Assembly: GCF_001194135.2 (NCBI RefSeq)
Contig: NC_068983.1
Coordinates: 109,500,451-109,564,450, forward strand
DNA: 64,000 nt
Reading direction: 5' to 3'
Source: Octopus bimaculoides
Lineage: Eukaryota
The notes beneath the pieces are model-generated. The model searched no databases, was not told where the DNA came from, and worked only from the letters and a program-made list of their open reading frames with translations. Positions 25,612-39,910 of the stretch are shown one piece after another. The position numbers were made by a program, and so were the translations under genes. How positions within the stretch are numbered: the first letter of the stretch is position 1; each line of letters starts with the position of its first letter.

Positions 25612-26590
25612 TTTGGTACATGAGCACAACACTTGAAATACGAGTTATGATTATTTATAGACCTAATACATTAATCATACTTATTCTTTAACAAGAGGAT
25701 TAAGATGTAAGCTAAAACTGAATTTTGCAGTATTTGATCACAGAATGAAATGGGAGAATGTTGCTCAGTGTTCTACTGATTTTGCTACTCATTGCCTTCA
25801 GCCACCATAAATAATTTGTTACATAGGACAACGGCTAGAAAATTGTGGAAAAAGATCCCAGTACTTGATTGGTACTGATTGTATTAACCCGCAAAAAAAT
25901 GAAAGCAGAAGTAGACTTTGTAAGATTAGAACACAGAATTTAAAGGGATATTACAAAATGCAAGTTATCTTGTCTGATGTTTAGCAAGTCTGCCAATTCA
26001 CCTCACAATAATAAAATTGATTTCAAACCTTAGCAATGAGAGTTGATGCAGTTGATCAAACCAACCACAGTACTTGATTGATACTTTTTTTTATTAGTCC
26101 TGAAAGAATGAAATTCAAAGTTGACCCAAGATGGGTTTAGATACATAATAGAATGGTATGTAATTAAATAGTGTGTGTAATTTTGTGCAATACTTTACCA
26201 ATTCCTCCCTAATAACTGTTCTCATAAAAATAATTGCTAACATAGACACAATATTTTAAATTTGGGGAAAGGTGTAATAAACTAGATGAATTTAACTGGT
26301 ACTCATTTTATCAACCACCAAAAGGATGAATTTTACCTCAGTGGAACATGAACTCATAATACAAAAGTATACACCTCTGCTACTAAATGCTAGCTATTTT
26401 GCCTGCCATTGTATCAGTTCTATTAATCTACCACCTTCTTCACAATACTAATATTGAGTTTTAAGGCAGGCACAATGACATGTTTTGGGAAGGGAACAAT
26501 AGATTATAGCAATCCCAGTATTTGATGTGTACATATGTTATCTATTTTAGAAAGCTGAAAGACAAAATAAACTTAAGTGTGGTTAATAAT
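25612..26590 (-). mobile_element. Head-to-tail array of about five degenerate ~200-bp SINE-like units
   Basis: Recurrent core CAGTACTTGATTGGTACT...GAAAG..TGAAA at ~25858, 26068, 26290 and 26516, weaker unit at ~25660; minus-strand A/B-box-like head at each right end. Confidence 0.55.
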
Positions 26591-27819
26591 AACAATATTA
26601 ACAAATAATCAATTCATAACAACTTTCTAATTTTTACATTTAATCAATGTATGCAGGAATCAAATGGATTTAAGTGAAATATTACGTCTAAATATAAGTT
26701 GGATTTTGCAAAGATATCATTTAAAAATTTTATGATAGTCTGCCTTCACCTACATAATCATAATGATTCATAGTATAGAACTACATTTCATTTTCTCAGT
26801 ATTATAAAAAACAACTTTTTGATGGAAGCCAGAAAACAGTACGTGGGTGTGATGTATGCAAACAATATATTTCAGATTTTATAGGTAGTATCCATTATGT
26901 CAGTTCAAGCACTAAAACAACTACATTTTTTATAAGCCTTCAGTTTCTCAACATTCAAATTTACTTTTACCAATAAATATGAAATTACTAATTAAATTTC
27001 AATACTTTCAGGAAGAGTCAATGGTACTACATACAGGTAAAATAAATATTGAAATAATATGAAAATATATTTAACTCAACTTACGTCAACTTTGTTTTAA
27101 TCCGTCTGTAACATAATGATGAAAAACTTACCTAAAAAAGAAAAAGGAAAATCTTGAGTATACTGATGTCCAACATAGGAAAAATTACACAAATTCAGAG
27201 GAAAAAGATTCATTCAACTGAAGAGTATCAGGTAGTATATGTATTTAGAACTACAATCACATGAGAAAAATGAAAAGCCAAGTTAACCTCCGCAGTATTT
27301 AAAACAAAATGGTACATCAACAATATTTGTCTCTCAATTCAAATATTAAAAGCAAAAGTTACCCAAGAATTTAAATATCATAAGTGTTTTACTTTTTTAC
27401 ATCAAGTAATGTGCAGAATTACGATAATTGTCTTGCTTTTATTGTCTAAACATTAATTCTTCTGATGGCTACTTTCTTTCACAAGGAACTCCCTGATAAG
27501 CAAAACTCATTGGAAACTAACCCAGACAGTAAGTTCTGGTACAGCTCAGATGGCTAGATTATCATGTGTAAATGCATAAACATTATGCTTTTCTTGTCCA
27601 CAACTGGCTCATCTTAAAAAAAGATGATCTAAAGAGTGATCATTTCGGTTAATTTATTCACCTTCAGCATTGTAAGTTTCTGAAACAAATTCCCACCCAA
27701 CATAGCAAGTACTAATCTCTGAAAAGCTAGACATAAGGAAATGTGACAGGGATTACATATCAATGAAATTGTGATAGATAACAATGATATTGTCTAGTAA
27801 TATTTACAGAACATTCCAA

Positions 27820-28140
27820 TTTTGTTACATGCACACACAAGCATTAAAATACTTCCTCAATTTTTATCCTGATCTTCAACCTTTACCCTCCTCAATTTGG
27901 CTGAACTTGTCATCTCTCTGAATTGCTTCTCATTCAGAGATTGATTTTACCATCAGGTTTCAAGAGTGTCCATGGAAACAAAATGGGCCCCAACTACGTG
28001 AACCTGTTCACTGGCTATGTTGAGGTCCAAATATTCTCTCAATTCCATGAGCTACACAGTTGTTACATCGACAACTGCACTGGTGCAACCTCACTCTTCC
28101 ATGATCATCTCAACTCATGCCTCTTTTTCATCCAGTTCTT
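27820..28140 (+). mobile_element. Penelope-like element reverse transcriptase fragment
   Basis: ALKYFL...LAELVISLNCFSF..FYHQVS.VSMETK / MGPNYVNLFTGYVEVQIFSQF...YIDNC match PLE RT motifs (GxAMGTxMGPxYANLF, YIDD); frameshifted. Confidence 0.75.
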
Positions 28141-29089
28141 ACATCAAATACAAGATATATATATATATATATAAATATATATATAAGTCAGTAAATGGTG
28201 GGGTTGTGTTAACAGCACAAGGAGAAATAATAGGAAAATGAAAAATAATAATAAGGCAGAATTCTAAACTGAAAGCATATTTTAATATAGATGCGTAAAA
28301 AGGATTTCTAGCCGGCTTTCATTGCATGGCAAATTTTCAAGAAGAGGGATAATGAAAATGTTTTTTACAAAAAAGTAAAAAATAATATATAAAAATATAA
28401 TATATAAAAAAATAAATATACCAATACATTATATTGTCTATGAGCTTTTAAAGTTCAATGGTAATCCATGTAGATAATAGTTAGAAAGATTAGTATGCAT
28501 GAAATTGAGAGTTGTGTTTTGTTTAAAAAAAAAGAANNNNNNNNNNNNNNNNNNNNNNNNNNNNNNNNNNNNNNNNNNNNNNNNNNNNNNNNNNNNNNNN
28601 NNNNNNNNNNNNNNNNNNNNNNNNNNNNNNNNNNNNNNNNNNNNNNNNNNNNNNNNNNNNNNNNNNNNNNNNNNNNNNNNNNNNNNNNNNNNNNNNNNNN
28701 NNNNNNNNNNNNNNNNNNNNNNNNNNNNNNNNNNNNNNNNNNNNNNNNNNNNNNNNNNNNNNNNNNNNNNNNNNNNNNNNNNNNNNNNNNNNNNNNNNNN
28801 NNNNNNNNNNNNNNNNNNNNNNNNNNNNNNNNNNNNNNNNNNNNNNNNNNNNNNNNNNNNNNNNNNNNNNNNNNNNNNNNNNNNNNNNNNNNNNNNNNNN
28901 NNNNNNNNNNNNNNNNNNNNNNNNNNNNNNNNNNNNNNNNNNNNNNNNNNNNNNNNNNNNNNNNNNNNNNNNNNNNNNNNNNNNNNNNNNNNNNNNNNNN
29001 NNNNNNNNNNNNNNNNNNNNNNNNNNNNNNNNNNNNNNNNNNNNNNNNNNNNNNNNNNNNNATATATATATGGATTTGTGTACTGGTGC

Positions 29090-29470
29090 AGGTTCTCTTC
29101 CTTTTGTAATAAAATCTCTTCCTGAACACCCTCAAAATCTCTACAAAGTACTCTTTGTTGACCGTCTGGCCAGAGGGAACCCAGGGATGGTAGATGATGT
29201 CTTTGCTGTTAAAAAAAGGGATCATCATGGACTTGCTTTTTCTGGCCTCTTATACCAGCACAAACAGATGCTCAGTTCATCCAGGTTAATTCCTAAGCAG
29301 TTTGGAGAATTTCATAATACCCTGTAGCTATTTAGCACATAAGTCTTTTGTATAGTGAGCTTCCAAAGTGTCTTCATATCCCAACAGCATTCTGCACACT
29401 AGTCAGCTGTGACAAGCAGTGTCTAGCAAAGGGTGTTCAAAGTGCTGATACAGCTGTAACTTTCAATCTA
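29090..29470 (-). mobile_element. Internally deleted mariner fragment (family distinct from 9043)
   Basis: MMIPFFNSKDIIYHPWVPSGQTVNKEYFVEILRVFRKRF (catalytic region) joined directly to an HTH-like segment; runs into a gap. Confidence 0.8.
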
Positions 29471-29590
29471 GAATAACAAATGTTGGCAGGTCAGCTAATT
29501 AGATGCATAGTAGTGATATACTAAAATTACAGTGATGTAAGACAGTTATAACTGCCTCTCTTAAAACAAGTCTCAAAACTTCTCGAAAGC

Positions 29591-29627
<37 letters not shown>

Positions 29628-31924
29628 ATGTGTGCACATGCATGTAAGCACAAAATTATCAAGTGGAAAGCAATATATCTGGATTTCTTTAATAAGGTAG
29701 CAAACTAGATTACCTTTATAAAGATTTAAACTTTTTTCTTTGCTATAATTTTTTGAATTAGCAATCTTTTACATATTTAGTCTATTGCTTTCAGACAGTT
29801 GTATATCATATGGCATGTTAATATAAAATATGCACATAGTGATTTTATTGAGAGCATTTAATATAACAGATATGCTTTGAAATCTATAGAATTTTGTTAT
29901 ATATTCAGACATTAGATAGTATTAGGCACTTAAATTCAATAAACATTCTACTATTATTGAAATAGTTAACAATATATAAATATGTTTATATATATTGTCT
30001 AACAGTATTTACATCTGAATATGATTGAGATGAGTAAATTTATAGCAGATATGTCAAAGTATTATTTTAAACATGAAAGTATTTCTATATCAATATGCTT
30101 TATATTGTGAAGTTTCTAACATTTAGAAAAGACAGCCTTAGTTTTTCTGAATGACAATATTTTCAACTTCCATTCAAAACAAATCAAAATGTATCTCTCA
30201 ACATATCTAAATATTTAAGTATTAGGATGGTATGATGTCCTAAAAAAATGCTAGTTTGTTACCTCACTGTTCCAAGTTCAAATTTCAAAAGTTTAACTTT
30301 GCCTATCTCTTTTATTTCATAGGTGGAGATATATATATATAGTTATAATATATCAAATAATTTATATTTCTTTTTGCTAAAAATACAATGCTTTCTGAAA
30401 ACAACAAACCATTTTGATATATGTGCATGGTAATACTTTTGATTATTCGAACTGTATTTCTATGCCACTCTATTCAGTATATAGTCTACATTTTTACATA
30501 AAATATCTGTAAAACAACTACAAAAACACAATTACATATAATGTCGATATATTAGCACACATAAATACATAGACAGAAAGAATCATATATAAGCATAAAT
30601 ATGCAAAAATCAAGGATTGCTTTGGGGAACAAATATACATGTTTTTGTAGTAGTCTTTAAGAAAAGTAGTAAGCCCCTTAACAAATAATTTAGTAAAAAA
30701 ATTTTTAGTTTTAATAACTAGTATTGTTTGGCAGCTGACTTCTCAACATACACCTTTCCGAACACAAACAAATTCTTAATTTCAACTCGAAATATCCCTA
30801 ATGACAAATAAGCTGTCTATTTATGTCACACTCTGTCAGTCTCTCTCTCTCTCTCTCTCCCTCTCTCTTTCTTTCTCTGTAGCTGTATGAGAAACCAAGC
30901 ATGATAAAGATCATTTGATGTATGTTGAAGAACTGCAATATTTTGAAAATGTAGGGAAAATAGATGATGGATTATAGGAAAAAAGGCTATCACCAGATTA
31001 TGGAACGTACTCATGGCAGCAGAAGACCAAAGAAGATATAGGATGAAGTGGCAAGTTTAGATCTGAAGATATACTGAGCCACACACAGTATTCAGACAAA
31101 TTGTGATATATGAGATTGCAAAAGGGTGATGAGGATAACGATGCGGATGATAATGACACTGTTAATGTTGATAATGATAATGACAAGGATAAATGCAGTA
31201 CACATACTGCCACTGAAAAACAATGAATATAAAAATCTCTCACACTCACTACTAATACACAGTCCTATTAGCTCTGATGACTTTTCATAATGACTACATA
31301 TATTCCACAACTAAGGTTGCGCCATAAGGTTTGGGATTTATTTTCTCAGCTACAAATTCTTCCTATCCAAATAGCAACTAAGCACATACATGGTGCAAAG
31401 TTAACTATATGTATGTAGTACTTTTTCCCCACAACATCAGTGTGCCTCACAGAGAATATTTTGGAGATCCTGCCTCTCCAGAACAGTATTTTTCTAGAAA
31501 GTCCCCTTAACATATTTTACATTTGAGTCCATAATGACCTAGAAAGAATATAAGAATTATAAGCAAACATTTTTGAGATTTCTAAAATGTAATAGCAATG
31601 CGAAAAGAAACAGAAGTAGCTGTAGGGAGATAAGTTCAAGCAAGCATATGTTTTGTGATTGTGCACAAATACATTATAGAGAAAGATTAGCATGTTAGCT
31701 TATGTGTATATGCTATTGAGGTACAACTATGATGTGTTACAAAAGACATATGAACAATACTACCAACATAGTATCTGCAATGTGTTAGAGGTAATTAATA
31801 GATGATTAGATAGCACAATTATGGTCACTAGGATTTAGTGCAAGTATATAATTTAAAGAATAATCACTTCCACTTTTGTTAAAGATGTTTAGATTGTAAA
31901 AGACAAACAATTTTTGCACATATA

Positions 31925-32761
31925 CAGGGTGTTTGGGATAAATCTGACAATTTTTTATGCTTCTTTTTTCAGCAACAGCTTGATGTGTTGGTGAACAGTC
32001 AATGACATAGAGAGCATAGTGATTAAAGTTGTAACTGAGAAAAAGTAAGATGATATGGAGGGTGAGAAGCCATTTAAATATTAGAACAGTGTTACATGTA
32101 GCATGATGATTTACTCTGGGTTTCAGAATGCCAACATCATGACTGCTGTGATGGAGACTACAAAGCAGGTAGGGACACAGTAGGTGTTCTGACTGTATCC
32201 ACACACAAGAGTTTATACCCACATCTTTGAACGGGTCTTTAGGCTTAATTCAGCTAGTTAAGTTAAGCTAGAGTCTGTGGTCATTCCTGGCTTGAGTGAG
32301 TTGTTGCTGAAAGGTCATAAGTGTGGCAGCAGGCTTTGACCTCTTGCCATAGCTCTGAAAAGGGTCACAAGTAGTTGTCAGAGAATTTCTACGACTTCCC
32401 CAACCCCAGTTTCTAACTTCCTAATTCCCCTAATTGTAATTCCATGGATTACTATGCATGGGGAACAGCTGACAAAGACACCATCTGCTCAGCCTGCAAT
32501 ACCAAATTCAAGCTAGTGGCCAAGCTTAAGGAAGTGTTCAAAGACCTTCCCAGGGACATAGTGAGCAATATATATCCCAGGTTCTGGAGTCGCCTTGAGG
32601 TCATGATGGAAGCTGAGGGTAGCTACATTAAGAAAACTGTTATCTCCGAGCTATAATCTAGTTGATATTTATTTATTTTTTTAAATACTTCTATTTTTGG
32701 ATGGGATATTGTGTTTCCTTTCTCTCGTATGCAAACTGTCAAATCTAGCCTGTACACCCTG
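31925..32761 (+). mobile_element. Internally deleted Tc1/mariner element (maT/DD37D-like)
   Basis: Imperfect TIRs CAGGGTGTTTGGGATAAATCTGACA and TGTCAAATCTAGCCTGTACACCCTG, TA both sides; C-terminal NSPNCNSMDYYAWG...RFWSRLEVMMEAEGSYI. Confidence 0.8.
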
Positions 32762-33716
32762 TAGATCTACCGAGAAAACAAACATTATATACTATATGTG
32801 ATTTCCAAAGTCATTTCATGTTCTGATATACATATCAAATATATTTGAGGACTTTGAAGTTATCATATGATTGGAAAAGCTTTCCACCTAAATGCAGTTT
32901 AAAGATTGACAAATCCTTAATATTTTAGTTGCAGAATTCATGATTTGCAAACTTAGGAGATAGTTTTCATTAAATGTTCTTTGTTAATACAGTTTCAGTT
33001 AATAAGCCATTTTAAGTAGGAATTGACTCTAGTCTTTATTCTCAATCAGCTACAAAGCCTTTTAAGTATAACTATATCTTACCAATTTGTGGACTTCACT
33101 CTAGGATTTAGTCTTAATGTGACAAACAGCATTGAAATATATAAAAATCAAATGAAAAGGAATACAAAATCAATACAATTACAATGAATATTTCTAAAAA
33201 TTATTTTTTGAAATTTCAAAATGCTTATACAATTCATTTAGATTTAGATTTATTTTGTGTAATAATACCTGCTATAAAATAGCATTTTACTGATCAAGAA
33301 TTAAATAACCTTTTTATATTTTTGAACTACTTCAGAAATGTAATTTATGTAACCAAAATGCAGCTGACTTAGGAGATATTAATCTTTATTATGAAACAAA
33401 TCCTTTTAGTACTGGCTCTTTTATAAGAAATTTCTTTACACAAACATATCTGATTAAAACATTTTATATTAAATTTTGTATTGTTTCATAGAAGAACGCT
33501 TCAAGAAATTAGTTTTTTGTGTTTAATACATGTACTTTGTAGCTGCTTCATATTTCAAATATATTTTCAGAATGTATTATGTAATCATTTCATAATGCAG
33601 ATATTATTCCTCCCATTAATTATGTTAATTATTTTAAATCTGAAAATGCAAGTTTTCAAATATGCATTTCTAAGGTACACACATATACCCATGATATATA
33701 TATATATGTGTGTGTA

Positions 33717-33765
<49 letters not shown>

Positions 33766-35432
33766 NNNNNNNNNNNNNNNNNNNNNNNNNNNNNNNNNNN
33801 NNNNNNNNNNNNNNNNNNNNNNNNNNNNNNNNNNNNNNNNNNNNNNNNNNNNNNNNNNNNNNNNNNNNNNNNNNNNNNNNNNNNNNNNNNNNNNNNNNNN
33901 NNNNNNNNNNNNNNNNNNNNNNNNNNNNNNNNNNNNNNNNNNNNNNNNNNNNNNNNNNNNNNNNNNNNNNNNNNNNNNNNNNNNNNNNNNNNNNNNNNNN
34001 NNNNNNNNNNNNNNNNNNNNNNNNNNNNNNNNNNNNNNNNNNNNNNNNNNNNNNNNNNNNNNNNNNNNNNNNNNNNNNNNNNNNNNNNNNNNNNNNNNNN
34101 NNNNNNNNNNNNNNNNNNNNNNNNNNNNNNNNNNNNNNNNNNNNNNNNNNNNNNNNNNNNNNNNNNNNNNNNNNNNNNNNNNNNNNNNNNNNNNNNNNNN
34201 NNNNNNNNNNNNNNNNNNNNNNNNNNNNNNNNNNNNNNNNNNNNNNNNNNNNNNNNNNNNNNNNNNNNNNNNNNNNNNNNNNNNNNNNNNNNNNNNNNNN
34301 NNNNNNNNNNNNNNNNNNNNATATATATATATATATATATATATAGTTATATATATATATATATATATGAGCATTTTTAAAGGGCCAACATATTTTCTTG
34401 CTATGAAAAGTAAACCCACACAATAAGTTCAAGAATGTTATCCAATAAAAACATGGATCAATAACTACTTATCTATCTCTATCAATTTTATTTTACACCA
34501 GAAACGATGAAGTAAATATTGATTTAGTTTTCTATTTTAATTGGGGATAAAATCAATATTTTGAAGAGCTGTTATATCATTACATGTATTATCAAAACAG
34601 TCCAAACAAATTAATGGCAAATGCCACAGAGCAAAGGTAAGTTCCCAGCAAACTGGATCAGCGAAGAAGAAAATCTTCTTCCCTGAAGCAATCACACATC
34701 ATATCTGCTTATAACATACTTCAAGTAACCATGAATTGTAGATGATTAAGAAAAGTAAATACCTTTTAAACCATATTTATTTTTCTATTGCAATCCATAA
34801 ATTAATTGATACACTATTTTAAATTAATAGTATTTTAGTTTAAACACTGAAATTTTTGTGAGCATTTTGTTAGTTAATTTCTGCTTTTAAAATTTCATGA
34901 AGTGTAATGAAAATATATGCCAATGTAATAACAGTATAATAAAAGAATAACAATGCAAAATCAAGATAACTAATAAATGCTAAACTATTAAATATTAAAT
35001 GTCAAGCTATCAACTAACAAATGTGTATATTCTGTGCACTATACACTTTACTCTTTGATTTAAAATTCATACTTTCAAACTTGTCTTAACTTAATCTAGA
35101 AAGGATTATCTCTGTTATGACAGCTGATCATCAGAGCTACAACACATACATAAACTGTGCTCTAGCAGTGATTTCTTAAAATATCCATTTTATCTTGCAA
35201 TGATAGTCATGGTAGGATGAATATGAAGAATGTCTCTTCTAACTCATAACAATGAATAGAACAATATGGAATAGCAGCCTGAAACCTTTATCGGCACTCA
35301 GAAATAAAATACTAAAATAGGCTTCAGAAATTCGTTTGTAGTGAAGACATTAATTGCAACTAGAGGAAGAACTCTTTTGCAAGACAGACTTGCCCTGGTA
35401 TTACTAACCTGTACCAAAAAAATTCATACTCC

Positions 35433-35435
<3 letters not shown>

Positions 35436-35518
<83 letters not shown>
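35436..35518. repeat. (CT)n microsatellite
   Basis: Seen directly. Confidence 0.95.
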
Positions 35519-35522
<4 letters not shown>

Positions 35523-35899
35523 GAACAATTAATTTGTGAAGAGAGAGGAAAAGAACATTGAAATGATGCCTTTTAAGCTCTAAACTATTTCCTCTCTACA
35601 ACAATTGTCTAACTTCATTAAACGTTTAATTTAGTATAATTGATTTGCCTCATGTTATGCAGTGCTGATGATTCTTAAGAAGTATGAAATGGTATTAGAC
35701 TTTTACATACATTATTTTAGAGAATATTTTTGATAGTTCCTCACACCCTCTTTACCTTGGTGGGACATAACAAAATATACTTTTAAATGGATAGATTATA
35801 AGAGTTGTTGAAACTATGTATAAGAATCTTGAAAACTTTAGCAAGAAATTTATTGTTCAGGTGGATGATTACAAGGGCTTTATCTACGTTCCATTTATC

Positions 35900-36600
35900 T
35901 GTCAAAATATATTTAAGGAAATAAACTGGCTATCTTTGGGAAGAATCTGATGAAGGGCTAAGAAATTTATCTTAATAGCATGGTCCAAAAGACAGTAGTT
36001 TTATGTGGTAATCAGAAAAGGAAGATATTTGTAGAACCCTCTGACAGGTGATCTAACTGTTTATGTAAGAAACAATTATGAAATGTGTAGTCATTGTAAA
36101 TAGGGGTCTCACAAAATATGCCATAGAATCTCTAATAGATTGAGAGAAAAGTCAGGGTTCAGGTAGTCTAGATAATTTGTAGAGGTAGCAGAGTAGACAT
36201 TGAAGAAAGTATATCCAGCACTAAGTGCTGGTATTTATGACAATTGCAATGAAAGAAGTGTAGCCAGAAGGAAAGAAGATTTGGAATTAATTCAGGAACT
36301 TATTGCCTCTATTGGTCAAAAGATCTCTCTCTCATTAAAGACTCAGACTATATAAAGCATTTGTAAGAGGTGTCATGAAGTTGTATTATGGTGAGACATG
36401 GGTGTTGAGCATGGAAAACCCATGGATGCTGGACAACAATGATGAAAGACTGATCTCTAGGATGTGCAATATGAATTTGCATAACAGACGAGCATAGGAT
36501 TATCTCCTGATGTATGAAGAATAGACAGATGAGGTGAAAGGATGATGTGTGCTTATAAAAAGCTTGCTTCATGCTAACATTAGAGTGAACCCATGGGAAA
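35900..36600 (+). mobile_element. Old RTE LINE fragment
   Basis: LYYGETWVLSMENPWMLDNNDERLISRMCNMN aligns by eye to the RTE motif also seen at 4860-4950. Confidence 0.65.
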
Positions 36601-39600
36601 GACACAAAAATTTGCTGATTAGTACAGAATGTTAAATACTAAAAATAAGAAAAAAAAAAAGAGGATGATACTTGTTTATATGTCATTTAGTTGGCCATCC
36701 AACCAATATTAGTATGATGTATGTATATATAAATTAAAATAGTGTTGTGAGGATATTTCTAAATATTTTCTTTTATTGCAATTTATGTTCATAATCTGTG
36801 TGAATTTTAAACTACGACCACAACCACAAAATATTGAAAAGACTTGAATGAATAATTAGGCAACATTATGTAGAAGGTGTTGAGTGATATTATATTTAAG
36901 AATTATTAGATATAAGTTTTTAGGATAATAAAATTGATAATGCTTAAAGTAATGAAGTAAAAATGAACAAAAAGCAATGAACAAAGATAATCACCTAAGA
37001 CAGTTTTGCATCCTTTGCCAACACTTATAGTTAGTACACCTGCCACAGATTCATGAGTAATTCTCAATAGCTTTAATACTTATTTCTCATGAAATCTAAA
37101 CAGTATAATGCTTTTTATGACTATTATAAGAAAGGACATATTTTATACATATATTTATAAAATCAGAGCTATCCTATAAAAAATTCATCAATACACAAAT
37201 TTCAGAAACCTATTGATATTTGCAAAACTAAAGCAGGAGAAATAAGCATCTCATATTGAATAGAAAGTCAGTCCAATGTATCTATTACTAGACACTAGGA
37301 ACATGTCAAAGGGGCCACTAAACCACTGCCTTCTAGAGGGATATGGTGTGTTTGACCTTTTTCACTTGTCAGATAAATCTCTTGGAAATAATGCTCATTT
37401 GCGTTAAAAATGAATGTATTGAGTCACATAGTCTTAGATATACTATGTTTGTAAAAAAAAAAAATGGAACGGTCATAACTAACATGCAGATCTAAGCCTA
37501 GTAACAACAACCCTGAAACATAGAATAATGTCATTTTTAGAAACACAATAATATACTGAAGAGCATCTGAACTCGCAAACCATAAGCTGGAAACTCAGTA
37601 TCATACATACTCTGCCATCTTACTTCTATCACTTGAGATTTCATTGATGAAAAGTGCCCTTATATAAAGTAAAACCAAAATAAAATCTATCCTTTTTACA
37701 CTATATATATTAGGTTTTGAGGGTAAATATTTAATATTACAAGTTTCTTCTCGATAGAGAAGCAGAAGTGAAAAGAGTATCATCTAATCTTCCCACTGTC
37801 AAATATTAATATACATCAACCTATTTGCCATATTGGAAACCTTTCTATCTTTTCTTTTTTATTCAATTAGGGAAAGAATAGGTAAACATATATTCTAGAA
37901 AGGCATTTTGTACACAGAAGAGAAGAAATAGATGCATTACTTCAATGGAAATAATATTTGCTTTTGTAGGCTTACAATAAAAGGGGAAACATGCAAAAAC
38001 AAAAATTGATTACATAAATTGAAAAAAATTAAATATACTGAAAGATCACACCAAAAAAAGTGAGAAGTATAGAAAAATACATTTAAAAATACAGTAAAAA
38101 AGGGAATATTGCATGGACAAATGTTTTGCACCGTCAAAAATGATTGTTTCTATTGGATATATTCTTCCCACCAACCGTTTAACAAATTTTCCGATTTTAT
38201 TATGTGATGAAAATAATATCGTTTCCAATTTTTTTTACATAGCTTTTATACACCTACTTCTTACTGACAACTTCAGAATTTTTTCCTCTTCATCTTTTTT
38301 TAGCAATATTTATCATCATACCACCTTAACATTTAACTTTCCTCAATAAACAGCGTTTGTATTTTTTAATTTCCAGGTAAATTGTTAAATTTAACTTCCT
38401 GAATGAATCTAACATAAAATTTCTTATTATTAAACATGGCTCTTCAACAGCTCAAACAAAATAATGAGAGTTGTAGTAAGTCTAGATGTAAAGCATGAAC
38501 AAAATTTGAGAATGGAATTAAAAAGGGCACTGAATAGCAAGTCTTCATTCTAAACCTGCTTTTATGTTAAAAAACACTGATGTATAAAGTTAAATATTCT
38601 GTACATAAAATAAATAAATGGAAATCAAAATAAACTTTTAAAAAATTACTTATTTCTCTATTTAAAAGTAATTAACAAAAATAGAGAATAAATATGTTTC
38701 ATTTCAAAGAAAAATGAATACTTAGAGGTACCACAACATATCAATGTAAAAATAGTTATAAGATTGGGAATACATATTTTCTCACATTATGTTTTAAAGA
38801 AATAGCGACTTGATTAAATACAACAAATCTACATGAAAATTACATTTTTGCATTTAAACAAATGAATGTGCTATATATGATAATTTGACAATAGTTTGCT
38901 TTCAAAATATATAACAGTAGTAAAAAAACAAAAGAGAACAGCAAAATATATAGTAAAATAGATTTTCACAGATATTTTCTTAATGAAATGTTTCTGATTG
39001 TATAAAACACAGCATTTAAAACAAACATCTGCTTAGATATGGTGCTGAAGCAAAGTTATTAATGTTTCATGAGGTATGCACTGTATCATTCATCAATTCA
39101 ACATAGAGTTATCTAACTCTGGGGGGGAATTAAATACTAAATGAGAGCTTGCCATTAAAACTTATTTCTCAGTTTAGCTTCTCTTCAAATTTTGACACAC
39201 TAGGGATGATAATTGAAAACAAAAATGGAAATAAGACACATGGAAGGCTATGGGACTTCTGCTTGATATCACATTATGCCTCAAGAACATCTTCTAAATG
39301 ACAATTGTAAAATCCTTCACAGATCTACATGAAATACTAGACAACTCAAAAGATGCAACAATGATTTTCAAATATAAGAAATTCAATAGAATGGAAATAT
39401 TAAAAACATAGACAAGAAGAACTAAAATATAATTCCACACCAAAAATTCAAAATAATTATGTACAAAATTTTTCTCAGAGAAAAAGAAATAGTACTTGCT
39501 TAATTATGCATAGAATAAATTTTGGCGATCAGAAACAATATCTTCATTAAGAGGTCTCAATAAAAATCATCAAAGATTGAAGAGTTTTAAATGAAATGTT

Positions 39601-39709
39601 ATTGAAGAAAAATAACTAAACCATCAGAATAATGCTTAAAAAGTACTACTAATTAAAGTGTGAAATTAAAAATATAAACAATATCAAAAGTAATAATGAT
39701 TTTTCATAT

Positions 39710-39910
39710 TTAGCACATGGCCACAAATTTGTAAGGGAGAGGCAGACTTGAGTCCTTTATCTTAAATGTATTCATTTTCCAACTCTAGTGGTAAATAAAC
39801 ACATACCAAGATTTAAGCTAAAAAATGTTATCACACCAAGATTTGAACTCAGAATGTAAAAGCATGTTGCTAAATACAACATTATTCATACATACGACTG
39901 TTTCAACATT
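39710..39910 (-). mobile_element. Degenerate SINE of the 25612-26590 family
   Basis: TTAGCACATGGCCACAAATTTGTAAGGGAGAGG...GATTTGAACTCAGAATGTAAAA resembles array units. Confidence 0.45.

Noticed and set aside
23249-27528. Chain of plus-strand microexon candidates (23249-23278, 27012-27036, 27486-27528)
   Set aside because: Phases can be made to fit, but this is expected by chance in 64 kb of AT-rich DNA and no protein is recognisable.
34514-34682. Short inverted repeats and an AAG|GTAAGT donor
   Set aside because: AT-rich 12-bp and 8-bp arms are near chance level; weak acceptor for any exon.
35946-35975. CTGATGA followed by GAAA
   Set aside because: No stem II, I or III; lies inside an RTE relic. 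The same applies to the CTGATGA at 24184, 31273 and 35665.
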